Part shown: positions 18,988 through 29,236 of the stretch, in pieces
Layout of the letters: every line of letters starts with the position of its first letter
Numbering within the stretch: position 1 is the first letter of the stretch
Assembly (NCBI RefSeq): GCF_039982395.1
Contig: NZ_JBDWYO010000001.1
Location: forward strand, 928,698 to 992,697
Reading direction: 5' to 3'
Source: Parasphingorhabdus sp.
Lineage (GTDB): Bacteria; Pseudomonadota; Alphaproteobacteria; Sphingomonadales; Sphingomonadaceae
DNA: 64,000 bases
The notes under the pieces: generated by a model
The model's input: the letters and a program-made list of their open reading frames with translations, nothing else
What the model was told of the DNA's origin: nothing
The model's database searches: none
Translations under genes and position numbers: made by a program

Positions 18988-19460
18988 AAACCCGCTCTAG
19001 CCTGATAGCCTTGCTAGCCTGCTTGCCAGCGCCCGCCTTGGCGTTCAGTCCGCAACCTGAATCTATCTCGCCTGCGGTTCTTTTCGAAGCGCAAACGGAA
19101 CGCACGGATTTGCGCTATGAGATACGTTTCTATTTTGACCTAACGGAACCGGCTTGTCCTCCGGCGACTCCGGAAAAATATCGGACTGTTCTTGCAGAAC
19201 GGGAAGGGGATTTTGAAAATTTCATCTCGTCCATGCAAGATACACAGCTGCTACTCGACGTGAACATCGCGGTGCAAGACGGTCGAAGAAATGCCTATGC
19301 GCGGCAATCTATCGTCGATTGCAGCTATCCCGAAGTCCCGACGGAGCTGCAGGCTAAAGTTTTTAAAATGGAAATGGCAATGGCTCGCAATCAACTGGAA
19401 AGAATCAAGAGTGCGGCGCAGGTCGCCTTAACCCGACTGGGTATGGAAGGGGACGAATAA
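18984..19460 (+). CDS. hypothetical exported protein embedded in the pnt operon
   Basis: ORF track, 158 aa. The signal peptide is MKTRSSLIALLACLPAPALA. Its GTG start overlaps the pntAA stop (GTGA at 18984-18987) and its TAA overlaps the pntAB ATG (TAATG at 19458-19462). Confidence 0.55.
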   Translation: MKTRSSLIALLACLPAPALAFSPQPESISPAVLFEAQTERTDLRYEIRFYFDLTEPACPPATPEKYRTVLAEREGDFENFISSMQDTQLLLDVNIAVQDGRRNAYARQSIVDCSYPEVPTELQAKVFKMEMAMARNQLERIKSAAQVALTRLGMEGDE

Positions 19461-19756
19461 TGGACTTTATATCAATTCTCTCAATCTTCGTGATGGCCTG
19501 TTTTGTGGGCTATTATGTCGTCTGGTCGGTGACTCCGGCCTTGCACACGCCGTTGATGGCGGTAACCAATGCGATCTCCTCGGTGATCATCGTGGGTGCG
19601 CTGATTGCCGCGGCAGCAGGGTCGCAGGCGGATGGCGGCCAGACCGCCAAATGGTTGGGACTGGTCGGTGTCGTTCTCGCCAGCGTAAACATATTTGGCG
19701 GCTTTGCCGTGACCGAGCGGATGCTCGCAATGTACAAGAAGAAGGAGCGCAAATGA
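19460..19756 (+). CDS. pntA: NAD(P) transhydrogenase subunit alpha part 2 (membrane)
   Basis: ORF track, 98 aa. It has three hydrophobic helices and the typical PntAB sequence HTPLMAVTNAISS. Confidence 0.9.
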   Translation: MDFISILSIFVMACFVGYYVVWSVTPALHTPLMAVTNAISSVIIVGALIAAAAGSQADGGQTAKWLGLVGVVLASVNIFGGFAVTERMLAMYKKKERK

Positions 19757-21228
19757 TGCGAAATGCATTGATTGGCGCATCCGCGCTTCTATTCTCAACC
19801 CCTGCGCTCGCCTCCTCTGGTGAGGCGGTGAACCCTTGGGTCGCGACGGCTTATCTGGTTGCCGGCGTTCTCTTCATTCTCGCCCTGCGCGGTCTGTCTT
19901 CGCCGGAATCAAGCCGTACGGGCAACCGTTTTGGCATGGTCGGCATGTTGATCGCTGTGGTCACAACCTTGTGGACACATAGCATCGCAAGCCTCCCGGA
20001 AATCGGCATCGCTATCGCCATTGGCGGCGCAATCGGTTTCTTTACCGCGCGCCGTATCGCCATGACCGACATGCCACAGCTGGTTGCTGCCTTCCACTCG
20101 CTGGTTGGTATGGCCGCTGTGTTGGTCGGTGTTGCCGCCTATCTCAATCCCGGTGCCTTTGGCATCTTGGATGCGACGGGTGAAATTTTAACGGTCAGCC
20201 GTGTTGAGCTGGGCCTCGGCGTCGCGATTGGTGCGATTACCTTCTCTGGTTCGGTTATCGCCTTTCTGAAACTCAACGGCAATATGTCCGGTGCGCCGAT
20301 CATGTTGCCAATGCGCCATGTCATCAATCTTGGTGTGTTGGCCGGAATCATCGGCCTGACCGCCTATTTTGCGATTGCGCCAACCATCGGTACCGGAGCG
20401 ATTTTCTGGACCATTGTCGGGCTCAGCTTTCTCATCGGTTTCCTGCTGATCATTCCGATCGGCGGCGCAGATATGCCGGTGGTCGTGTCGATGTTGAACA
20501 GCTATTCCGGCTGGGCAGCAGCAGCCATGGGTTTCACTCTGGGCAATACCGCCATGATCATCACCGGTGCGCTGGTTGGTTCGTCGGGCGCTATTCTGTC
20601 CTACATCATGTGCAAGGCCATGAACCGTAGTTTCATTAGCGTGATTGCGGGCGGCTTTGGCGCAGAAAGCGGGCCAACGGAAGGCGCCACGAAGATCGAC
20701 CGGCCATGGAAACGTGGGTCTGCTGAAGATGCCGCCTATATGATGAAACAGGCAGAAAATGTGATCATCATTCCTGGCTATGGCATGGCCGTTGCGCAGG
20801 CGCAGCATGCTTTGCGTGAAATGGGCGATATGCTCAAAGAGGCTGGCGTTGGTGTTAAATATGCCATCCACCCGGTCGCGGGCCGGATGCCGGGTCATAT
20901 GAACGTCCTGCTTGCCGAAGCGAATGTGCCTTATGATGAGGTCTTCGAACTGGAGGATATCAACAGCGAATTTGCCCAGGCCGACGTGGCTTTTATCATT
21001 GGTGCCAATGACGTGGTCAACCCGGCGGCGAAAACCGACAAGGGATCGCCAATTTATGGCATGCCCGTGTTCGATGTGGAGAAAGCCAAGACAATTTTCT
21101 TCATCAAGCGCTCTATGGGCGGCGTCGGCTATGCCGGGGTTGATAATGAGGTTTTCTATATGGACCAGACCATGATGCTGCTCTCTGATGCCAAGAAAAT
21201 GTGCGAGGAAATTGTCAAAGCGCTGTAG
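19753..21228 (+). CDS. pntB: NAD(P) transhydrogenase subunit beta
   Basis: ORF track frame 19651-21228. The ATG at 19753 (MMRNALIGAS) overlaps the pntAB stop (ATGA). The C-terminal dIII domain has GYGMAVAQAQH and HPVAGRMPGHMNVLLAEA. Confidence 0.9.
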   Translation: MMRNALIGASALLFSTPALASSGEAVNPWVATAYLVAGVLFILALRGLSSPESSRTGNRFGMVGMLIAVVTTLWTHSIASLPEIGIAIAIGGAIGFFTARRIAMTDMPQLVAAFHSLVGMAAVLVGVAAYLNPGAFGILDATGEILTVSRVELGLGVAIGAITFSGSVIAFLKLNGNMSGAPIMLPMRHVINLGVLAGIIGLTAYFAIAPTIGTGAIFWTIVGLSFLIGFLLIIPIGGADMPVVVSMLNSYSGWAAAAMGFTLGNTAMIITGALVGSSGAILSYIMCKAMNRSFISVIAGGFGAESGPTEGATKIDRPWKRGSAEDAAYMMKQAENVIIIPGYGMAVAQAQHALREMGDMLKEAGVGVKYAIHPVAGRMPGHMNVLLAEANVPYDEVFELEDINSEFAQADVAFIIGANDVVNPAAKTDKGSPIYGMPVFDVEKAKTIFFIKRSMGGVGYAGVDNEVFYMDQTMMLLSDAKKMCEEIVKAL

Positions 21229-21606
21229 CGGCGGCCATCCCAACTGTGCCAAATGGGGACAGGATTTGTGCGATACAGGATGTGACGCTGGATTCTGCCG
21301 ATTTTGGTCTATTTATATTTCATTGAAGTCGACGAACCCGCCTATTGAGTGATGTGCGGGTTCCAGGAATGGAATATAATGAAAGACATCGGACCCTATT
21401 TGAAACTGACGGCGGTTTTGACGTTGGCGGTTCTCCTTGCTTATCATAGCCCGGGACAGTCGACGGACGGCTTTTCGGGCGATCGGACTATTGCGTCCGA
21501 TTGATCGCCTTTGACAATACTTGTATTTTTGTGCCGCAGCGCATAGCCTTTAGAGCTGTTCGAGTGGCGTTATTGTACACCGCTTGCCAAGGGATTTAAT
21601 ATTTAG

Positions 21607-22302
21607 ATGCGGAAAATTGGCCTCATTGGCGGGATGAGCTGGGTATCGACCGCCAGCTATTATGAGCGGATCAACAGCGAAGTGCAGAAACGGTTAGGCG
21701 GTTTTGCCAGCGCGCATATGTTGATCGAAAGCGTTAACTATGGTGACTATGCCCGGTTGCAGTCTGATGATGACTGGGATGCGGCAGCGGGTTTGATGAC
21801 CCGGTCGGCCAAGCGGTTGGAACAATCAGGTGCGACCGCGATTTTGATCTGCTCCAATGCGATGCACAAAATCTACGATCAGGTGCAACCGGAAGTTGGC
21901 ATTCCGATCCTGCATATCGCCGACTGTGTGGGCGAAAAAATGGTCGCCGATGGGATCGCTTCGGCGACATTGATCGGGACCCGTAACGTGATGACCGAAG
22001 GCTTTTATCGCAAGCGGCTGGTTGGCAAAGGGATAACATTATCGCCGCCCGACGAAGAACGGGTCATGGAAATTGACCGGATCATCTACGAAGAATTGAT
22101 GTTCAATCAAGCCAAGCGCGATTCCGAACGGACGATGAAAACCTATATCACCAATATTGCCAAGATGGAGATCGAAGCGGTCGTATTGGGCTGTACTGAG
22201 CTTGATCTGATCGTCGATACCAAGGCGAATATCTTGCCGATCTACGACAGCACCGAAATTCATGCCGATGCTGCAGTGGATTGGATATTGTCCGAAGCCT
22301 AG
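21607..22302 (+). CDS. aspartate/glutamate racemase family protein
   Basis: ORF track, 231 aa, with IGLIGGMSWVSTASYY and GCTEL motifs. Confidence 0.85.
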   Translation: MRKIGLIGGMSWVSTASYYERINSEVQKRLGGFASAHMLIESVNYGDYARLQSDDDWDAAAGLMTRSAKRLEQSGATAILICSNAMHKIYDQVQPEVGIPILHIADCVGEKMVADGIASATLIGTRNVMTEGFYRKRLVGKGITLSPPDEERVMEIDRIIYEELMFNQAKRDSERTMKTYITNIAKMEIEAVVLGCTELDLIVDTKANILPIYDSTEIHADAAVDWILSEA

Positions 22303-22430
22303 CTTTGACAGTCTAAAAACCACGGACAAGACAAAACGGCCGACATGTCCAAATTACTGACATGAGTGTCAATGCTCTTGGCATGGGCGGGATTTTGCGG
22401 CACTATCCTGCACAATTGGAGGAGAGAGAT

Positions 22431-23624
22431 ATGATCCGCAGTTTATTGGTCGCCACCGCGCTTTGCCTGAGCGCTCCAACACTCGCAAAAACCGTTACCG
22501 TCGCGCCGGGTGCCGATGCGCAGGAACGGCTGCAGGAAGCTCTTATTCTTGCAGAGCCCGGAGATGTTGTGGAGCTGAGCGCGGGTCGCTTTGATCTCGT
22601 CGATGGTCTCTCCCTGGATGTAGATGGCGTGACCGTTCGCGGCGCTGGCATGGCGCAGACCGTGCTCAACTTCGCCGGACAATTGGGCGCCGGAGAAGGC
22701 CTGCTGGTGACCTCGGACAATGTTGTGTTGCGCGATTTTGCGATCGAGGACAGCAAAGGCGACGGCATCAAATCGAAGGGCGCGGACAATATCGTCTATT
22801 ATAGGTTGCGGGTGGAATGGACCCGCGGGCCGCATTCGGAAAATGGTGCATATGCGATCTATCCGGTGGAAAGCACCAATGTGCTGGTCGACAGCGTGAC
22901 CACGATCGGTTCATCTGACGCGGGTATTTATGTCGGTCAGTCCGAAAATATCATCGTTCGCAATTCGGTCGCCAGCTTCAATGTCGCCGGCATCGAGATT
23001 GAGAACAGCGTCGGCGCGGACGTTTACAACAATGTCGCGGTCAACAATACCGGCGGCATATTGGTGTTCGATCTGCCCAATATTCCGAAACAGGGTGGCC
23101 GCAATGTCCGGGTGTTCGACAATATCGTGGTCAATAACAACACCCCGAATTTCGCCCCCGAAGGCAATATTGTTGCGGATGTTCCCGCTGGCATGGGTGT
23201 CATGGTGATGTCGCATTATGAGGTCGAGGTGTTTGAAAACCGCTTCGCAGAAAATGGCACCGGCAACATATTGATCGTATCCTATACCAAGGGTCAGGAC
23301 GATCCCAATTACAACCCGAAGCCGATCGGTGTACGGGTGTTTGAAAATGATCATGGCCGGGCAGGCTATAAGCCTGCCTTTGCTGGTGGTGAGATGTTGA
23401 AGGCCGCCTTTGGAGGCGCCATTCCGCCGATTGTCGAAGATGGTACGGGTGACAATATCCTGATCGGGGATGATGTCGCGATCCTGTCCTTGGGTCTGAC
23501 CGAACCGGGCCAGCCCTTGACCGAAGCCAAACCCTCTTTGGCGGAAGGGGCTAGCGAACCCTTTGACGGCCGGCAACTGAAGCCGATCACCTTGCCCCAG
23601 GCGATGGAAGACGCAATCAAATAG
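22431..23624 (+). CDS. secreted parallel beta-helix repeat protein
   Basis: ORF track frame 22362-23624. The ATG at 22431 follows GGAGGAGAG and gives the signal peptide MIRSLLVATALCLSAPTLA. It has repeated N-x-V/I-x-N-N right-handed beta-helix periodicity. Confidence 0.75.
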   Translation: MIRSLLVATALCLSAPTLAKTVTVAPGADAQERLQEALILAEPGDVVELSAGRFDLVDGLSLDVDGVTVRGAGMAQTVLNFAGQLGAGEGLLVTSDNVVLRDFAIEDSKGDGIKSKGADNIVYYRLRVEWTRGPHSENGAYAIYPVESTNVLVDSVTTIGSSDAGIYVGQSENIIVRNSVASFNVAGIEIENSVGADVYNNVAVNNTGGILVFDLPNIPKQGGRNVRVFDNIVVNNNTPNFAPEGNIVADVPAGMGVMVMSHYEVEVFENRFAENGTGNILIVSYTKGQDDPNYNPKPIGVRVFENDHGRAGYKPAFAGGEMLKAAFGGAIPPIVEDGTGDNILIGDDVAILSLGLTEPGQPLTEAKPSLAEGASEPFDGRQLKPITLPQAMEDAIK

Positions 23625-24644
23625 ATGCGATTGCTGGTTTCCGCTTGTGCGATTGTCGCGCTGACCGTCTCGGTCGGCGCGCGGGAACCTGCGGGCGTCG
23701 CGGATGCGGTGATCCTGTCCGATGGTCTGCCACGGAGCCTTTCGGACTATCGGTTTTTCAAAGATGGTGCCGGTTGGAAGCCGAATGAACGGGTCGAGCC
23801 CTATGCGCTAAACATGCCTTTGTTCACGGACTATGCGGAAAAATACCGGTTTGTCTATGTGCCGGAAGGGCAACAGGCCAAGGCCAATGGCGACGGATTG
23901 CTGGACTTTCCGGTGGGATCGGCGCTGATCAAGAGCTTTGGTTATGAAATTGATGGCAAACCGCGCTTGCTCGAAACACGGGTGCTGCTGCACCGTGCTG
24001 ATGGCTGGCTGGCCTTGCCTTATATCTGGAACGAAGCGCAGACCGAAGCCAGGTTGAAGGTGGCAGGGGCGCGGATTCCGGTAACCTTCACCGATCCCTC
24101 CGGCGAAGAGCGTTCGATCCGCTATGGCGTGCCCAATAAGAACCAATGCAAGGAATGCCACGGTCTTTCCGACGCGGTCATGCCGATTGGCCCCAAGGCC
24201 CGCAATCTGACGCATGACGGACAGCTAGCGAATTTCGTCCGACTGGGTCTGATCGATCAAAACCCCAAAGTCGAATATCGGATTCCGACATGGGGGGAAG
24301 CCAATGCGCCGCTGAACGACCGTGCGCGGGGCTATCTGGACATCAATTGCGCCCATTGTCACAACGTCAACGGCTCGGCCAGCAACTCCGGCCTGTTCCT
24401 GACCTATGAAGAGAAAATGCCGGTGCGCTTCGGTGTCTACAAGCGCCCGGTAGCGGCGGGGCGGGGCAGCGGCACCCATGATTTTGATATCGCTCCGGGT
24501 GATCCCAACGGCAGCATCATGATCTATCGCCTCAACAGCCTCGATCCGGGCATCAGCATGCCGGAAGTGGGTCGTTCCATGGTTCATGACGAAGGCGTGG
24601 CTTTGCTAAGCCAGTGGATTGCGGAGATGGACGAGAAGGACTGA
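23625..24644 (+). CDS. secreted dihaem c-type cytochrome-like protein (partner of the beta-helix protein)
   Basis: ORF track, 339 aa. It has a signal peptide and two CxxCH motifs (CKECH and CAHCH). The start codon immediately follows the upstream stop. Confidence 0.75.
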   Translation: MRLLVSACAIVALTVSVGAREPAGVADAVILSDGLPRSLSDYRFFKDGAGWKPNERVEPYALNMPLFTDYAEKYRFVYVPEGQQAKANGDGLLDFPVGSALIKSFGYEIDGKPRLLETRVLLHRADGWLALPYIWNEAQTEARLKVAGARIPVTFTDPSGEERSIRYGVPNKNQCKECHGLSDAVMPIGPKARNLTHDGQLANFVRLGLIDQNPKVEYRIPTWGEANAPLNDRARGYLDINCAHCHNVNGSASNSGLFLTYEEKMPVRFGVYKRPVAAGRGSGTHDFDIAPGDPNGSIMIYRLNSLDPGISMPEVGRSMVHDEGVALLSQWIAEMDEKD

Positions 24645-24657
24645 GGTCCTACAACCT

Positions 24658-25098
24658 CTACTTAGCCCGAGCCCAATTCTGCGCCTGACAGAAAAATGCG
24701 ACGCAGCCCTTCATCTCGAGTCGATTTTGGGATTTCAGGCGGACTTCCGAGCGATAGGTTTTGCCATTCTTCGGGTCATAGATCTTGCCGCGCCAGATTT
24801 TGCCATCAGGCTTGAATCCGGTCAAAATCGCCATGCCCAAAAGCGTACGACTGCGCAGTTTTTTGTTAGGATTGTTGACGTCTTTCTGGCCCGTACCATC
24901 GGGTGGCGGGACCAGATATTTATAGATGCGTCCGCAGACGGTTGCGCCGCATTTGGAAATCTTGATGATGGCATCCCGTTCCTGGGTCATCCAATTGCCG
25001 TGGATCGAGTCCGCCGCCAGTGCGGGGGTCGCGAAGGCGAGCGCTGCGGGGATCAGGCCGGCTGCGATTTTGCCGGGTGTCGAGAGTGAAAATGCCAT
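24658..25098 (-). CDS. DUF2147-like periplasmic protein
   Basis: ORF track frame 24658-25122. The ATG at 25098 has an AAGGA Shine-Dalgarno. Motifs GNWMTQERDAIIKISKCGATVCGRI and GKIYDPKNGKTY match my memory of DUF2147. Confidence 0.65.
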   Translation of the reverse strand: MAFSLSTPGKIAAGLIPAALAFATPALAADSIHGNWMTQERDAIIKISKCGATVCGRIYKYLVPPPDGTGQKDVNNPNKKLRSRTLLGMAILTGFKPDGKIWRGKIYDPKNGKTYRSEVRLKSQNRLEMKGCVAFFCQAQNWARAK

Positions 25099-25134
25099 GC
25101 TTTTGTCCTTGTGATGGGCCATTCTACCCCAAGC

Positions 25135-26394
25135 CTATAAAGTGTCAATCTTCGCTAGCTTGTCTCTGGTTACGCCAATCTGAACGCGGCGGAACAGGCG
25201 ACCCTCTTCGGCCCAGAATATGAAGGTCAGAGATGCCAGTCCGCAGACCAGATAGCCGGCGGCAATCGGCATGATGGTTCCGTTAAATTGCAGACCGATT
25301 GCCGCGCCAATCGAAGCTGACAGCAAGGTGCGGGAAAAGTTCTGGAAGGAAGAGGCCACGCCCGCGATTTTTCCGAAAGGCTGCATCGCGATGGAGCTGA
25401 AATTCGCACCGGTTAGTCCGACCATCGCCATGGAAGGTGCAACCAGCGCAGTAAAAGTCCAGATATTGATACCGTCTGTCATGGCGAGGATAAAGTGGAT
25501 GGCTGACATCAGAATGAAGAATATAAGGGCTGACTGCGACACCCGGCGCGCGCCAAAGCGCATGACGATGCGGGAATTGGCGAAGCTGCCGAGTGACATG
25601 GCACCTGCATTCAGCGCGAAGAAATAGACGAAAAGATCCGCGGCATCGAACAGGTCGAAAAAAATCTGCTGGGCTGATGCGATATAGGCGAATAACGGTG
25701 CCATCATCAGGCCGCTGGCCATGACATGGCCAAAGCTGTTGCGATTGAAGAGAACCTGACGCCAAGCCGAGACGATGGCTTTGGGACTTATCGGGGTTTT
25801 ATTGTCCGGGTGCAGGGTTTCCGGCAGTCTTGCCCAGACCCACAGGAACAAGCACACTCCGGCCGCGGACAGGATCAAAAAAATCACCTTCCAAGGGGCC
25901 ACCAGCAGCACCATTTGACCAAGCAGGGGCGCGGTGATCGGGACGATCATGAAGACCATCATGATGGTCGACATGGACCGCGCCATTTCATCGCCCTCAT
26001 AACGATCCCGGATGATGCTGTTCACCAGCACGCCCAGCGCAGAGGCCGCCAATCCCTGAATGAACCGGGCGATCAGAAGCATGTCATAATCCCAGGCAAA
26101 GGCACATAGGATACCAAAGACGACGTAAACGGCCGTGGTGATCAGCACGATGGGTTTGCGTCCGTAGCGATCCGCCAACGATCCATAAATGATCGAGCCT
26201 ATCGCCATGCCGTAAAGATAAGAGGTTATGACCGCTTGCCGGTCGTTGACCGTTAGCAGGCCGAAGTCATCCGACATCAACCCCAATGCTGGCAGCATCA
26301 TATCAATGGCTAGCGCGTTTAAAGACATCAAGCCGGCAACCATGATGATCAGCTCGATACGACCGATCGGAAAAGGATGTGCTCTGTTGTCCAC
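25135..26394 (-). CDS. MFS transporter, Bcr/CflA drug-resistance subfamily-like
   Basis: ORF track, 419 aa. It has 12 hydrophobic segments and a GSLADRYGRKP motif. Confidence 0.85.
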   Translation of the reverse strand: MDNRAHPFPIGRIELIIMVAGLMSLNALAIDMMLPALGLMSDDFGLLTVNDRQAVITSYLYGMAIGSIIYGSLADRYGRKPIVLITTAVYVVFGILCAFAWDYDMLLIARFIQGLAASALGVLVNSIIRDRYEGDEMARSMSTIMMVFMIVPITAPLLGQMVLLVAPWKVIFLILSAAGVCLFLWVWARLPETLHPDNKTPISPKAIVSAWRQVLFNRNSFGHVMASGLMMAPLFAYIASAQQIFFDLFDAADLFVYFFALNAGAMSLGSFANSRIVMRFGARRVSQSALIFFILMSAIHFILAMTDGINIWTFTALVAPSMAMVGLTGANFSSIAMQPFGKIAGVASSFQNFSRTLLSASIGAAIGLQFNGTIMPIAAGYLVCGLASLTFIFWAEEGRLFRRVQIGVTRDKLAKIDTL

Positions 26395-26487
26395 CGACGG
26401 GCTATGGCAAGATCACATGAGTGTGGCTATAGCAGAAATGATAAGTTTGATACTCCCGTCGATCGCCGGTACCGAAGGAAAAACGCA

Positions 26488-28059
26488 ATGATGAAGCCGG
26501 TATTCTTGCACCTCGTATGGATCGCAATGCTGATCTCCGGAACCAGTGCGGCACACGCAGAAACAATATCGACAGAAGGCAGTTGCGCTTCCGTGCAGCC
26601 TGACATCTGGGGAGAGGATAAGCCGGATGTCACCCGGCATGATGTTGACGGGTCTCAGATTGAATCCATGTCCGATTTTAAGCGTATGATCGTCAAGCGG
26701 AACGCCGGAGTTTCCATTGTCAGAGGCGGCGATTTTTCCGGATGGGACTTTAGCGCCATTCCCCTGTCTGGCATTTGCTTTGAACAGAGCAAATTGGGGG
26801 ACGCAAACTTTGCCAATGCGATCGGGCGCGGTGTGGGTTTTATCAAGTCGGATTTGACTGGCGCCAATATGAAGGGTGCTCGCATGCCCGGTATCATGTT
26901 CCGCAACGCCGGATTGACTGATGTGACAGCAACGGGCGCCGATTTTTCCAACGGCAGGTTTGATGGCGGCTGGTTCGAAGGGAATATCGAGCGCTGGAAT
27001 CTCGACCGAGCAAATATGACCGGCTTCACCTTCGATTGCGGCATCACTTTAACCGATGGTTGCCCGGTCTATCAGGGTGGGGCCGGGATGAGCGCAAAGG
27101 GCGCGGACATGCACCGCGCAACGCTGCACAGCTTTGGTCTCTACAATGTCGACATGACCGATGCCCGGCTGGATCAAACGATCATCGGGCCTCGCCAATT
27201 GCCTTATTTGAAGACGGCAGAATTTCGTGGTGGCATCGTGCTGCGCGGCGGCGATAGCGATGTGCAGCTGACCGCAGAAGAAGCGCAAAATCTAATGTCT
27301 GAAAATTCCAAGCAAAAGGCGAAAGAGGCCCAGCCTGCCTTTGATTGCGGCAAAGCAGCCAGCAAGGTCGAAAAGGAAATTTGCGGAGAATATAGTCAGG
27401 ACCTGCGCGCGATGGACCGGAAATTGTCGTCTCTGTATAAAAAGGCAAGGGCCGGATATGCTGGCGTCCGTGCTAGTCAGCGCGCTTGGCTAAAACAGCG
27501 TAACCGTTGCGGGGCATCGGAATATCCTATGGATTGCCTTCGGGAAACCTATAGCAAACGGATCGGCGTGTTGTTGGGCTTGATGGGCCAATCGGAGTGG
27601 TTAGGCCGCGGGGAGGCAGCGCTTTTCATTGGCGACATTTTGCCGGTTTCCGAAGATTTTGCAGATTCTGATCTATATTCCAAAATCACTCCTGCTTTGA
27701 TCGGTGCGTCGATGAACGAGATTCTGATCGAGCGGGGGAAAGACGGACTCTACCAGATCAAGGGCAGTGCCGTGGGCGCCAACGCCCATTTGTGCAGCCT
27801 CTATGCCTCCCATCTCTATCTCGACCGGAAATCCGGCTGGTATATACCGGTATCGGAAACGGCGGCGGTCCCGATCTTCCGGATCATCGGCAATCGGCTA
27901 GAGATATTTGCCAATGGTCGACCGGATTATAAAGAATATCCCGAGGCATCCAATTTCATGAGCTGCGGCATGCGCGCCGGTTTTTCGGAGACGGTCCGGG
28001 TTGATGCCGACGATGCTGTAATTGAGCGCTATAGAAAATCACTGAACGAAGAAATGTAG
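26488..28059 (+). CDS. secreted pentapeptide-repeat protein with a central LprI/DUF1311-like domain
   Basis: ORF track frame 26377-28059. The ATG at 26488 gives the signal peptide MMKPVFLHLVWIAMLISGTSAAHA. It has tandem A(D/N)LxG-type pentapeptide repeats, then CGKAASKVEKEIC...RASQRAWLKQRNRCG. Confidence 0.7.
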   Translation: MMKPVFLHLVWIAMLISGTSAAHAETISTEGSCASVQPDIWGEDKPDVTRHDVDGSQIESMSDFKRMIVKRNAGVSIVRGGDFSGWDFSAIPLSGICFEQSKLGDANFANAIGRGVGFIKSDLTGANMKGARMPGIMFRNAGLTDVTATGADFSNGRFDGGWFEGNIERWNLDRANMTGFTFDCGITLTDGCPVYQGGAGMSAKGADMHRATLHSFGLYNVDMTDARLDQTIIGPRQLPYLKTAEFRGGIVLRGGDSDVQLTAEEAQNLMSENSKQKAKEAQPAFDCGKAASKVEKEICGEYSQDLRAMDRKLSSLYKKARAGYAGVRASQRAWLKQRNRCGASEYPMDCLRETYSKRIGVLLGLMGQSEWLGRGEAALFIGDILPVSEDFADSDLYSKITPALIGASMNEILIERGKDGLYQIKGSAVGANAHLCSLYASHLYLDRKSGWYIPVSETAAVPIFRIIGNRLEIFANGRPDYKEYPEASNFMSCGMRAGFSETVRVDADDAVIERYRKSLNEEM

Positions 28060-28098
28060 CCGCTCCCCAAGCGGAGCAACAGTCGCTAGACTGACGCA

Positions 28099-29214
28099 AT
28101 GTCCGATTCCACGCCAGATCTGCTGCAGCGCAAGATCATCCATATTGACATGGATGCCTTTTTTGCGAGCGTAGAACAGCGGGATTTTCCCGAATTGCGC
28201 GGCAAACCGGTGGCTGTGGGCGGTTCATCAAAGCGTGGTGTTGTGGCAGCGGCTTCTTATGAAGCGCGCGAATTCGGGGTTCGTTCGGCGATGCCCTCGA
28301 TCACTGCCAAGCGTCGCTGCCCCGACCTGATTTTCGTGAAGCACCGGTTCGCGGTGTATCGCGAAGTGTCGCAGCAGATACGCGCGATTTTTCGAACCCA
28401 CAGCGATCTTGTCGAACCGCTTTCGCTCGACGAAGCCTATATCGACGTGACGCAGGACAAGATGGGCATCGGCAATGCCACAAGGATTGCCGAGATGATC
28501 CGCGCCGCGATCAAGCAGCAGACCCAGCTGACCGCCAGCGCCGGAGTCAGCTATAATAAATTTATCGCCAAAATTGCTTCGGACCAGAACAAGCCCGACG
28601 GGATTTGCGTGATCAAGCCGCATCAAGGGGCGGATTTTGTCGCGCAGCTTCCGGTGCGCCGTTTCTTTGGTGTCGGCCCCAAGACGGCGGAGCGGATGGC
28701 CAAGTTGGATATCCACACCGGCGCCGATCTTCGCGCGCAGTCGCAAGATTTTCTGCGCCAGCATTTTGGCAAATCGGCGGGCTATTTGTTTCGCGCTTCG
28801 CGCGGTGTGGACCATCGCGAAGTGCGCTCCAACCGCATCCGCAAATCGGTCGGCGGCGAACGAACCTATGGCGATGACTTGGTGTCGGACAGCGATCTGC
28901 ACGACGCGTTCGAACATATTATCGACATCGTGTGGAACAGCATCGCCAAATGCGAGGCGCGCGGGCGGACAGTGACGCTCAAGGCCAAATATGCCGATTT
29001 CCGGCAGGTGACGCGGTCCCAATCGGTGGATCATTATGTCGCGGACAAGAATGAATTTGCGGCAATCGGGCGCGAGTTGCTGGCGAGCATCATGCCGGTT
29101 GAAAATGGTGTCCGCCTATTGGGCCTTACACTCGCCAATCTGGAGGGTGCGGAGAATAAGCAGTCGAATAGCGCGGAAGGTGACGATCCTGATCAGGAAG
29201 CCTTTGATTTCTGA
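28099..29214 (+). CDS. dinB: DNA polymerase IV
   Basis: ORF track, 371 aa, with IIHIDMDAFFASVEQRD and SLDEAYIDVT motifs. Confidence 0.9.
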   Translation: MSDSTPDLLQRKIIHIDMDAFFASVEQRDFPELRGKPVAVGGSSKRGVVAAASYEAREFGVRSAMPSITAKRRCPDLIFVKHRFAVYREVSQQIRAIFRTHSDLVEPLSLDEAYIDVTQDKMGIGNATRIAEMIRAAIKQQTQLTASAGVSYNKFIAKIASDQNKPDGICVIKPHQGADFVAQLPVRRFFGVGPKTAERMAKLDIHTGADLRAQSQDFLRQHFGKSAGYLFRASRGVDHREVRSNRIRKSVGGERTYGDDLVSDSDLHDAFEHIIDIVWNSIAKCEARGRTVTLKAKYADFRQVTRSQSVDHYVADKNEFAAIGRELLASIMPVENGVRLLGLTLANLEGAENKQSNSAEGDDPDQEAFDF

Positions 29215-29236
29215 CGATTCGTCACGCTTGTTCTGG

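Noticed and set aside
20188-21252. 354-aa minus-strand ORF
   Set aside because: It is antisense to pntB, whose product is unmistakable. The His/Arg/Gly-rich low-complexity translation has no start context.
28060-28098. Expected alphaproteobacterial SOS box (GTTC-N7-GTTC) upstream of dinB
   Set aside because: I found no such direct repeat in the 39-nt upstream gap, so I made no LexA-site call.
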